Source: Sphaeroforma arctica JP610
Lineage: Eukaryota
Direction of reading: 5' to 3'
DNA: 64,000 nucleotides
NCBI RefSeq assembly: GCF_001186125.1
Contig: NW_014040144.1
Location: 7,785-71,784, forward strand
The position numbers were made by a program, and so were the translations under genes. Below the pieces are notes generated by a model that was given only the letters and a program-made list of their open reading frames with translations, did no database searches and was not told where the DNA came from. Numbering within the stretch: the stretch's first letter is position 1; each line of letters begins with the position of its first letter. Positions 52,501 through 64,000 of the stretch are shown here, one piece after another.

Positions 52501-55500
52501 CGCGCGTATATACATATCTATATCTGCTGATGACGCCGATATCTTTCTACGCATACTCCGGTGTGTGCACCTTGATACATATACACGACAGACTAATTCA
52601 TCACCAGACACTAATACCTAAAGATGACACCTCCGAAGATGGCTATGGGACCGGAAGCACGAAGTACGAGAAGAGGTTGCCCGCCAAAGATAGAGAATAT
52701 AATACCACAGATGGCCTCTGAGAGTAGAACCTCAGTCACACCTGAAGGCGTGAGGGCGGAAAGAAGTATATTTAAATTATCGGATGACAGTTTGTTTGTT
52801 GTTGGTGTTTATGTCTGTGAAAGAGGTATATTTAAATTAACGGTTGAAAGTTTGTTTGTTGTTGGTGTTTTATGTCTGTGAAAGAAGCATATTGGAATTA
52901 ACGTTTAACAGTGTGATTGTTGTTGGTGTTTATGTCCGAGAAGCCTATTTAAATTTACGATTAAAAGTCTGATTGTTTTTTTTGGGTGTTTGTTTGTGAA
53001 AGAAGCCTATTTAAACTGACGCTTAACAGCGCGATTGTTGTTGGAATTAGGTCTAAGAAGGGGCTCGAAACGTACTTCGTAGACGCATGTACTACTCGCA
53101 ATGGGGTGGCCGTATGGGTGAGAACAGACAGAAGTAGCTGAAGTGAAAGTTCTATTTATAGATACACGTGGATACTCTATTTTAGGTTGTAGGTAAATGT
53201 CTCTGAATTTGGCCTAATGCAGGATGCCATGCTAGCCAGAGAACGGAAGTACGTATTCCTGATTATAGGGTGCTTCACCTGTTGCCATATGTAGTGAAAA
53301 TATATGGGGCTTGCCTATACATGTACATCCGTAATGTCACTGTACGACGTTATAGCAGAAGATTTGAAACAAATGAAAGGGTGAAAGTGGTATTTGGTTG
53401 GCTCACATCTCTCCATACAGGACAGAACAAATGGCACTTCACAAGTATACCTTTATATATACTAAACGGAAACATACATCTACATATCCTATGATCAGTA
53501 TATATGAGTATATATATATATATACGTACCGATAGGTGCCTGGTTGGATGCCGGCTGGCAATGTGTGGGGTCGTCAATGTCGCAGATCTCTGGCGCAGTC
53601 ATGCTATTCCACAGAGCACCAAAGGCAATGCACGGCACTACACATGCAAAGTACAGTGAGATGACACCCACCAGATACACACGCACCGACGCCCAGTCCA
53701 CCGGGTGTATGCCATCCAGGAAGTCTGATTTGTACCACTTCCACCTGTGTGTGATTGGGTGGAGTGTTAGGGTGTATGTTTCGTCAGATAGTTTGAGTGT
53801 GACGTGTCAAATTTGAACCAATTCGATTGTGTGTGAGCATGGATATGGCAAAATAAACGCTATTCAACGTGTCTTATTTGAACTACTTCCAACTATGCAT
53901 GATAGGGCGTCGCGGCGTATATATTTGAGTATTACGAGTCTGATCTAAATTACTTCAAAAGCGTGTGTGCACTACTATGTTGAGGAAACCGCCAATCAAG
54001 CCGTATAATTGCATGGGGTCGTATGTGTGTACACACAGTTTTTATCATTAAATATATATATATATATATAAAGATACTATTGATTTATATATGACACGGG
54101 AGTGGTCCAGCGTGGGCAATGACCACAAATAAAGCGAAGTACTGTCATTGCACAAAAGATATATAAGGACACGCTCACAGACGCCCGGACTACGAGATAT
54201 ATGACATCCAGGAAGTCTAATTTGTACCAATTCCACACGTGTGGTCGTGGCGATGTGTTAAAATATATTTTTACGACGTGTCTGATATTGTCTGATTGTG
54301 TTTGTATTGATTCCACCTGATTTATACATGTGGGAGTATTAGGATAAACTAAGTATAAAACGTCTAATTTGTACATTTCCGACCTGCGTGTTAGCTACAT
54401 AGCATTGAAACACACATCCCACATCCCAAATCCCATATATATATATATATATATATATATAAATGTGTGTGTGTGTGTGCGTGTGTGTGTATTAATATAT
54501 AGGTATAAATATACCTTCGCTTGAGATCGCCCGTAATACCCCCGAGTATGCGTCCACCCCCTCTAAGCCCTCTGAACATATCACTTTCCTCCTCATCAGC
54601 AGTGTTCTCTTCCACATGACTCGCAATCTGTTCCCGTGTCGACACTTCAGACCGCACGAATTTGAGCGCTGCGAATTGCAGAAGTTCCTGCAAGCGTGTA
54701 CCAATGCACACGGGTATGCTGACCTACACACGTGCCTAAGCGTCTTTCTGATAGTATGTATGTATACAATTGCCTGTGCATGTCGACTAAATTGCGTTCA
54801 CCAACACTAACCCAGTTTCCAAATGCGAGAGTATAAATAGAACACATACATATGGTCTAGGCAAAGACACTGGTTCAGAGAGTGTACAGACCTTCAGATA
54901 TACGCTCCTGATGGGCTATACATCGTTTCCATTGGAGACGATAGGGCATATACAGACGCTCTAAGCGAATTACTCTCCTATAAACATACACCATATTGGA
55001 CGTACGTCATGCCCCTTAGTACGAACTTAATAAAATACAAACCAAAACTCTAAGGAAGCACGTGGCAAAGTACTATCGAAGTGTCGAAATGAATGTCACT
55101 GTCAAAACATAGCGCATCCTCCACCTACAAACATACACCATAGTTAACATGCGTCATTCCACTTAATACCAACCCAATAAACTACCAAACAAAACTCTTA
55201 AGGGAGCATATGGCAAAGTACTATCGAAGTGTCGAGATGAATGTCACTGTCAAAACATAGCGCATCCTCCACCTACAAACATACACCATAGTTAACATGC
55301 GTCATTCCACTTAATACCAACCCAATAAAATACCAAACAAAACTCTTAAGGAAGCACATGGCAAAGTACTATCGAAGTGTCGAGATGAATGTCACTGTCA
55401 AAACATAGCACATCCTCCACCTACAAACATACACCATAGTTAACATGCGTCATTCCACTTAATACCAACCCAATAAAATACCAAACAAAACTCTTAAGGG

Positions 55501-57324
55501 AGCACATGGCAAAGTACTATCGAAGTGTCGAGGTGAATATCACTGTCAAAACATACCGATCTGTCGGCCTTGGTTGCCTCCGTCATGAAGTCTAAGGGGA
55601 ATATGCAAGGACAAACCCAGTATTAGAAACTGTAATCATATACTATATAAACTTTTATCCTCTCAAGAGGGACATACAGAATCAGGTACACACGGTGATA
55701 CAAATACACCTATTCTACCTACCAACAATCACTAAGCATGATCACTAGGCATGTGTACCACGACGAAACACAGCAGTCCGAGACAGTACTAATATTGGCG
55801 TGCATAGGGACACTTGGATACCTACGTACCCGAGGCATATATACTGAAAGCAAAGGTCGATCATCATCAACCTGGACGTGGTTTGTAGTCAATTATGCTA
55901 TAAACAGGGCTGATGCTAGGTACATATCTTAGGCTCGTTGGTGAGTGTGGCACGACTTTCGGCCCTATGATTTTTTTTCTTTTCGGTTTGGTATCGGCCC
56001 GATTCGAGTACCAAAGCACACCAAAACGTTAACCTCACACTCACACCTTAGACCGTAGATGTAGGCTGCACTGACAACATGCACTACAGACACGCCACCC
56101 TAACCATCCCTTATACATGTACTACTGACGAATCGCACAGATATCAATTGATGCTACCTACCATGATCGGCAAAAAGTGTTGCAAAGGTGTGCCCCGTTT
56201 CTTGGACATTTTTGGTCCTTTTTGATCCGGGAGGTGCAAGTATAAGGCCCACAAACTTGGTTTTCGACCCATCCCACGAACCCAGATTAAGGGGTGTACG
56301 CAATCGGGCAATGACGACGTGTCGTGTCTTCATCTCACTCACCTATACCGTGTGATTTGTGCGTTGAGTTGAGTTGGGTTGCGGGTTGGTTCAGATCATT
56401 AAGCCGGAGATAGGTGGGTACATAGGTGGGTATATGCGAAGGTATAGAGTCGTGAAGGTAAAAAAACCGCACTGAAATATACCGTATAGCTTGCGAGTTG
56501 AGTTGATTGGGTTGGGTTAGTTCAGATCATTGAGCCGGAGATAGGTGGGTACATAGGTAGGTATATGTGTAGGTATAGAGTCGTGAAGGTTCAAAACACA
56601 CTCAAATATACCGTGTGGTTTGCGAGAAGGTAGGTACATTTGTCACACATCATGCATGTAGCTACAAATGTAGTCTAGATGATAGGAATATTTAAGCGAT
56701 ACCGAGGTAGGTATGATAGTTCGGCATGTATTTAGTAGATACATAAATAGTTTTAGTATGGGTTTGCAGGCGACCAGTGTCTATTTAGCATTTATATGCA
56801 GACGATATAAAATAGGCAGATCAGTTGGTGGGCCAGGAAAGTACAGATTACACATATACCTAAATAGAATATATAGGTTTTACATGAATAGAATAGATAA
56901 ATTGTACACAAATAGAATAGATGGATTATATCTAAATAGAATATATAGATTTTTATATAAATAGAGCATATAGGTCATATATATACATAATGTTTAGATC
57001 ATACATGAGAAAAAACACATAGATATTACATAAAAGAATAGATGAATTGTATACAAATAGAATATATATTTATATATTAATAGAATATTTAGATCAAACA
57101 GAAAGAAAATATATAGAATATACATGAATGGTTATGTAGATTCATAAAAAGGTAGGTACACTTCTTGTCCATGTGAAAACACTTTAGAGAATACGTGATG
57201 ATTTTGATACACCTAACACTACGGCGCTACTGACCATGGGCCAAATTTTATTTGGATCGTGTACACCAGATAAACACAAACTATACTTGCATCTTTCACA
57301 GTATACATGTATATATATATTTAA

Positions 57325-57393
<69 letters not shown>

Positions 57394-57430
57394 TATATAT
57401 ATATAGGTATATATATACATACATATATAT

Positions 57431-57469
<39 letters not shown>

Positions 57470-60400
57470 TGTATACACACTCAGGCTTTCTATACGATAC
57501 CAATGCATACCTCTGCAAGTGCCAGGATGAACCCAGTGCCTTGGATACTGCGACGCCACTGCTGCAACGGGCCGTGCTCGTTTTGTACCTCCGACAACAA
57601 CGTCTCCATTATCTCTGGAATCATATCTTCCTGCGATCAAGTACACACACGGGCACACGGATTTCGTAGGTAAGTAGCCATGTATGTGTTTATGCGACAG
57701 AGTGCGTGCATTGTATAAGCGCATACGTGCGTGTGTAGTGTGTATGTAATCATATTCTCCTACAAGACACACATTTCGTAGGTGAGTAATCGTGTATGTG
57801 TTCACACGCACGGATCAGTGTGACGAGTATGTGCGTGCGTGAGTAACCAAAGTGGAATACATTATACAGAAAACAAATCCCGAATTAGAAGTTCTTAGCC
57901 AATCAATCCCTTTATATATAACGATATAGAAATGTATGATATAATGTGGTCGTTCCGAACCTCCGACACCAACAACACCTATACGTTTGAAATAGATTCG
58001 CCTTGAGGAAAAGCATATACACCTTCACATGAAATCTGATAGCAACTAACAGCTTACGTGTAAACGCATATTGCTACCCTGCATATGTTTGTTCTGAGTT
58101 CAGAAGTATAAGGTGTTAATAAATGTGTATGAGTGGTCAATAGGTAAATATGTCCTTCTTGTAATGAGGCCTACAGGATCTCCGGAATCATATCTCTTTG
58201 TAACCTAAATCCAAAAAAATAGTCCATAAGCTTGGAAGGTATGAGTATATATATATATATGTTTATGCACATACACTCTCCCTGTGCGCACACATACGTA
58301 TAAATGTAAAGTCACATACTTCCAGTTCATCCCTTTCGACTACAGTGCGAAGCAGATGCTCTGTGATGCCCTCGGCTGTCTGTGATGTTATGTCGAGCAT
58401 CACCACTGTGGTATCGGCCACGGTTGCAAACATGATCAGGTCTTTATGTGCTCTGTAAAGCACAATGGAATAAGAACTTTGTCAGGACAAACATCAGGAC
58501 ATAATTTAAAAAATTATTAGGAATTGTATCAGGAAATATATCAACAACAAAAATATCAGAAAATATATCAGGAAATATATCAGATAATGGTTAGAAACTC
58601 GGGTGATAATGAGCTATACTAAGAACAAATTTGGTACATGCGCAGATGGAATGATAAGATATCAGGCGACTCATAGCATATGTTCGTCACAATATTGGCA
58701 AACGCACCAAAGAATTTATAAGAAGCAAGTAGGCAATTCACGAAACACAGTTTTGCTTGGAATTACATACCTAATTCGATATACAATCCGACTCATTGGA
58801 TGGGCTATGTTTACTTATATTTGAAAACAAAACACAGCTCTGCGACGATAAAACACTTCCACTACGGATACCGGTCAAATAGGAACCGAACTTTGCGCTC
58901 GATCTGGTCTAATAAAATAGAACACCAAAGATGCAACCCACCCAACAAACTCATGGCAGGGGTCGATACTTTGCCTGCTACTGCAGACAAGAGACCAGCA
59001 TGTAGTACGTGTGCACCAATGCCTACCACTGCATCACCTGTAGTGCACTACTGCTGTTCGTTCACATCGATACGATTGCGTACTAAGTACCTAACATGCC
59101 ACATGATATCAAGTGTATACGTAGTCAAATATCGACTACATACATATACATATACATTTATAATATATATATATGTATGTGTGTGTGTGTGTGTATGTAA
59201 ATGTATATATATATATATATATATACGTATGTATGTATGTATGTATGGATATATGGATATATATATATAAATTATATATTTCTCTCTTTATATATTCAAA
59301 CATACATACATACATACATACATTCATACATGCGTGTATGAATGCGTATAGATATTACATATAATTATATATATATACATACATATATATATATATATGA
59401 ACACGTACGTTAGCATAGACGTACGTATACACTACCTGAGTTCCTCAGCCACATCCTTAGGCAGCAGTGGTGCGGCAGTGATCTGAGTCATTTGCACATT
59501 GCCCTTCTTGATCTTTTTGACGATTTCGGGTACAGTCGGTGTGTCCTGTTTACACCAATATCAATTTAATCAGCATCTTTGTTTACAATCTATACATACT
59601 TACATATATATATATATGTATATAAAAGAATACACAATATATATATATGGAATAGACCTTTCCACTGAACTCCACTTGATGCAGATCATCTACCCTCTGA
59701 GGCATGTTCGTCGCCATTTGTACACCAATCATGATTGGCATCGCAAATCACATTCCAACTACAATCTGGTACACCACGACTTATTTTGACACCTTCAACT
59801 GACTTGCTTGGACGCCATTTGGTAAATACTACCTACAACCATACAAATGTTAGAAATCGTGTGCGCGTTGTTCCTACCTGCAATGCCCTGATTTTCTCTC
59901 CAAGATCCTGCAGATCATATTTGTTTATAGTCCGTTGGAAGGCGTCGTCAACACCCGAATCTGTGGCTGAGGTGGCCTGTCCAGCGGATAGGGGCACCTC
60001 TGTGAGGATGTGAGTACGTATTGGCAAGGATATGTGAGATCATGAGTACGTATTGGCAAGAATATGTGAGATCATGAGTACGTATTGGCAAGAATATGTG
60101 AGATCATGAGTACTTATTGGTAAGTATATGTGAGAGCATGGGTACGCATTGGAAAGAATATGTGAGATTATTAGTACGTATTGGTTTGTATATGTGAGAG
60201 CATAAATACGTAGTGGTAAGTGTATGTGAGCGCATGAGCACGTATTGGTGAGTATATGTGCGAGCATGAGTACGCATTGGTAAGAATATGTACAAGCACG
60301 AGTACGTATTGGTGATTATATGTGAAGTACATAATGAGTACGTGTTGGTACGTACTTAAGTGAGTAGAAGTACGTTTTGACGTGCATATATGCAATTTTG

Positions 60401-61942
60401 GATTTATTCTAGTGAGTATTTGTCAATGGTCCGTTGGAAGACGTTTTTTTCTTTTCGCGTCAGTGGTGGAGAAACCCTGCCCAGCGAATACGAATAGCTC
60501 TGTGAGTGCATGAGTGGGTGTTGGTGGCTATGATTGAGAGTGAGTACGTATTGGTAGTTATGTGAGTTTGTGAGCGCGTTTCGGTGAGTATATGCAAGAG
60601 TATGTCAGCGTTTTGATAAGCATCAGGGTAAACATACGTATCTATATATATATATACGTATATGCCAATCTGGGTTGAACCTGTACTAATTCCCAGGTAC
60701 GAGATAGCCGCTCCTCCGCATGTGTGTGTTGCGCGAGAGCTTGTGATTGGCGCGAGCCGCTCTTACCAAACCTAAATCTACCGGTAGCTACTTTATAGCG
60801 AAAGGTATAGACCTTATTGTAAACTTACAAGAGAAATTCTAGCATGACAATTCTTATATATAAAATACATCAAAACTATACTTCTGTCGAGAATTCACAT
60901 CTAGTCTCATTACGCGTCCAGCCATCTTGCGTCATTCTAATCTTCAAGCAATCATATCATATACATAAGATAGTCTTTACGATTATATACTTGCCATGAA
61001 ACCTAACGCATGCACACTCATATAAAAGGATACACAATCAACATCAGAATCAGATTTGCATGCATACATGTATGGTTATGTACAGACAACTCGCCAGACA
61101 AAGAAAGGCTCCTTTATCATAACCATGTGACCATTTCTTAAGGATCGTTAGCTATGCATCATTTATTGACACCATATACATGGGGGAATCTTTCCAGACA
61201 GGTCCTGACAATGACACATATCCATCCGCACTTGTGTATACGTGTATACAACCAAATGCATATATACGCGTATGTATACGTATAGAGCCCCCACAATGAA
61301 GCTTCCGCCATCATAACCATATGGCCGTCATCTATAATGTTTGACGAAAGTATGTTTCATATTGTATTTATGGAGGAGACTTCCAACACTTACTGCAAAT
61401 GAATCATATCGTATTGGCACCTATCTATATGCAAGTGACTTTACATATGAGCGTATTTATCTATGCACATGTAAACGTAAGAACCACTCACTAGATAATG
61501 AAATCTCCATCATCATAATCACACGTTTACTTCTTGAGGCATTCTAATTGCGTATCATTCCCACAATATCCATAGAGAAACGTTTTCAGGCACGCACTTA
61601 CAATCACTCTTATATATGTATGTACATTCAGAATTATATCTACGCTTATCGATACGTATAGGAACACCACCAGACAATGTAGTGTCCGCCATCATAATCA
61701 CGTGGTCATTCTTGAGCCATTCTAGTTGTATCATTCCCACAATATATATAGAGAAACGTTTCAGACAAGTACTGACAATCACTCGTATATACGTATGTAC
61801 ATGCAGAAGTGTATCTACGCTTATGTATACGTATAGTAACCCTACCAGTCGATGAAGTCTCCACCATCATAATCACATGGTCGTCGTCCGCAGCATCCTT
61901 GTCAAGTGCGGCTGTAGAGCTGCCCTCGACATTAACAAATTT
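44188..61942 (-). CDS. SLC4 family anion transporter, SLC4A11/BOR (borate/bicarbonate transporter)-like; both termini uncertain (possible extra exons at ~63088-63227 and ending near 43450-43608)
   Basis: Phase-compatible exons 61942-61846, 59999-59878, 59545-59436, 58452-58320, 57630-57511, 56342-56162, 55591-55557, 54687-54515, 53744-53530, 52741-52618, 51874-51651, 51199-51082, 50733-50618, 49921-49755, 49389-49308, 48373-48216, 47592-47299, 46153-46100, 45152-44976, 44306-44188. SLC4 motifs: [117 protein letters not shown]. Confidence 0.93.
48960..49345. repeat. Tandem ~168 bp repeats comprising an SLC4 exon end and its donor site
   Basis: tacctac(c/t)atg..acc/ccc at...gcacagagc..acagccaa recurs at ~48964, 49133 and 49301. 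Confidence 0.9.
50757..50972. repeat. Intronic 30 bp tandem repeat, ~7 copies
   Basis: gagataatgattactaccaagactg(t/c)actt. Confidence 0.96.
52760..53045. repeat. Intronic degenerate ~60 bp tandem repeat, ~5 copies
   Basis: gaaagaag..tatttaaatt....gtttgttgttggtgttt recurs. Confidence 0.8.
54980..55556. repeat. Intronic 148 bp tandem repeat, ~4 copies, abutting the donor of a 35-nt exon
   Basis: gcaaagtactatcgaagtgtcga at 55065, 55213, 55361 and 55509. Confidence 0.95.
60005..60350. repeat. Intronic 32 bp tandem repeat, ~10 progressively degenerate copies
   Basis: tgagtacgtattggcaagaatatgtgagatca at 60011, 60043, 60075, then decaying. Confidence 0.9.
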
Positions 61943-62142
61943 CTGCGGTTTTTTCACATAAAGAATGTCTTTTGGTTAAAAAAAAGGTTATATACAGAAC
62001 ACCTGAGCTGTCGGTTAAACCAATGCCAAGTAGGTAAAACAGTTGAATCACATATGACCAGAAACACGAGAGCGACGTAATGCTTAAAGCGAGTGTATTT
62101 ACACAAACCCAAGATGTGTAAGCGTATATATATATATAAATA

Positions 62143-62280
<138 letters not shown>

Positions 62281-64000
62281 NNNNNNNNNNNNNNNNNNNN
62301 NNNNNNNNNNNNNNNNNNNNNNNNNNNNNNNNNNNNNNNNNNNNNNNNNNNNNNNNNNNNNNNNNNNNNNNNNNNNNNNNNNNNNNNNNNNNNNNNNNNN
62401 NNNNNNNNNNNNNNNNNNNNNNNNNNNNNNNNNNNNNNNNNNNNNNNNNNNNNNNNNNNNNNNNNNNNNNNNNNNNNNNNNNNNNATGTATATACCCACC
62501 CACATACATACACCCACACATGCATACATAGACATATCGTCTACACATGAACACACACACAATATATATATATATATATATATATACGTCCATCCATCCA
62601 TACATCCATACATTCATACGTACATGCATACATATTTACATACATACATACATAAGAATATACATACATACATACATACATAAGAATATACATACATGCA
62701 CGCAACCACTCACGAACGCATGCAAGCATGCATGCATATAAATATATATATATATGTGTGTGTGTGTGTGTATCTGTGTGTGTGTGTGTATGTATGCATG
62801 TGCGTAGGTATGAATATATGCTGAAATAGTCGCTTCTAGGTATCCATGATGATTGTTAACATCTAGGTATTCACGATGATTTCCAGGATATATTGCCAAT
62901 TATCCGGTGTGCAACTGCGGATTGTCGCTCATTTACCAAGCAGCCCACACAAGCTACATTAATACCCACTTGTATACCAATGTTTTTAATTTTGTTCTGA
63001 ATTTAATTTTAAGCGACGCCAGTTTCTGGAGAGCATTACTTGCAGATTTACATCTATCTATATAATGTTTCGGTACAAAGTACATACTGTTGCGAGATCA
63101 GGTGACGTATAACCCTTGTCCTCATTGTCTAGATCTTCCGGCGAAGGTCGCTTCGACACCGAGAACCGACCAACGTCTATTCTTTTATCTTTCCCCATTT
63201 TGATACTTCAGCTTTTGTAACGTCACAGCTACCTCAATATCCGAGAAAAACTATATCTGTTCGTACCCAGGCCGGATAAGGAATTGGATACACACTTTGA
63301 AAGAAGTCTATACTAGTGAGTTTGTATCTAGATTCTCGACCTCGTGATCTCGAATGGTATGACCGATGTCACGATTGTATCGGGTACTTCTAATCGATAT
63401 GCTACTTTGCTACCGCCATTAGTTTACTGCGCTGTGCACGTGTGTAGTATGTAGTCACAAACTCAATAGTAAACTTTTAAGTATTATTATTTATCGTGTC
63501 ACAATGATATTCGCCTCTGTACGCCTTCACAGTTCACACAGGCTCACGGCTTACCTTTGTCTAACTGTCTACTGTATCTGTGACCTGTCAGGGCTACATA
63601 GTGCTCACTGCTCACACTGCTCAGTGCTGTCACTTTTATTATTTTTTTAGAAAAACAATATATGTACTGTAGTGATTGATGGTCTCTCTTCTCTTCTTGT
63701 TGGTTGAAATTATCATATTTTTTTTATACATACGTCATCTCTCGACTCTGAGCTCTGACTGACTGAGACTCTCACAGTCTTTCTCTCAGTCTCTCGGTCC
63801 TCAACCAGGCACCAGCTGACCAGCAGGAGGAAGTCCAGGACTCCTGGGCAGCTGGGCTCCAGGCAGGGGGGGGTCTCACAGGAGTTGTTTACTCCATATG
63901 TATGTATTTTTAACTTTTTTTACTGATGATGATGTATGTTTTTTAAAATTACGTGACTTCTGCATATTTATATTTTTATATATTAATTAATATATATTTC

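Noticed and set aside
60680..60775. GC-richer segment as an extra SLC4 exon
   Set aside because: The flanking exons (ending 61846, starting 59999) already join in phase, and the phase-compatible frame of this segment hits a stop before its apparent donor.

Overview
Intron-rich eukaryotic DNA with GT-AG introns, (TA)n/(TG)n microsatellites and N gaps. An ichthyosporean-like unicellular opisthokont is my guess from style only. From left to right: (1) 1-9 kb is a decayed, intronless island of stop-riddled ORF remnants, one PP2C-like, with a defective Ty3/Gypsy retroelement inside it; the decay looks like C:G->T:A hypermutation. (2) A head-to-head biotin biosynthesis pair follows: a bifunctional dethiobiotin synthetase/DAPA aminotransferase (bioDA, BIO3-BIO1 type, minus strand, 13 exons traced) and 8-amino-7-oxononanoate synthase (bioF, plus strand, partly in gaps). 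(3) tRNA-Arg(UCU). (4) A repeat-derived interval at 35.6-40.4 kb bounded by degenerate direct repeats. (5) A long SLC4A11/BOR-like anion transporter gene on the minus strand. The most striking pattern is that many introns of all three genes carry degenerate copies of the neighbouring exon end together with its splice site ('exon echoes'), with consistent polarity. Exon boundaries were traced by hand from splice dinucleotides and phase compatibility, without transcript data.
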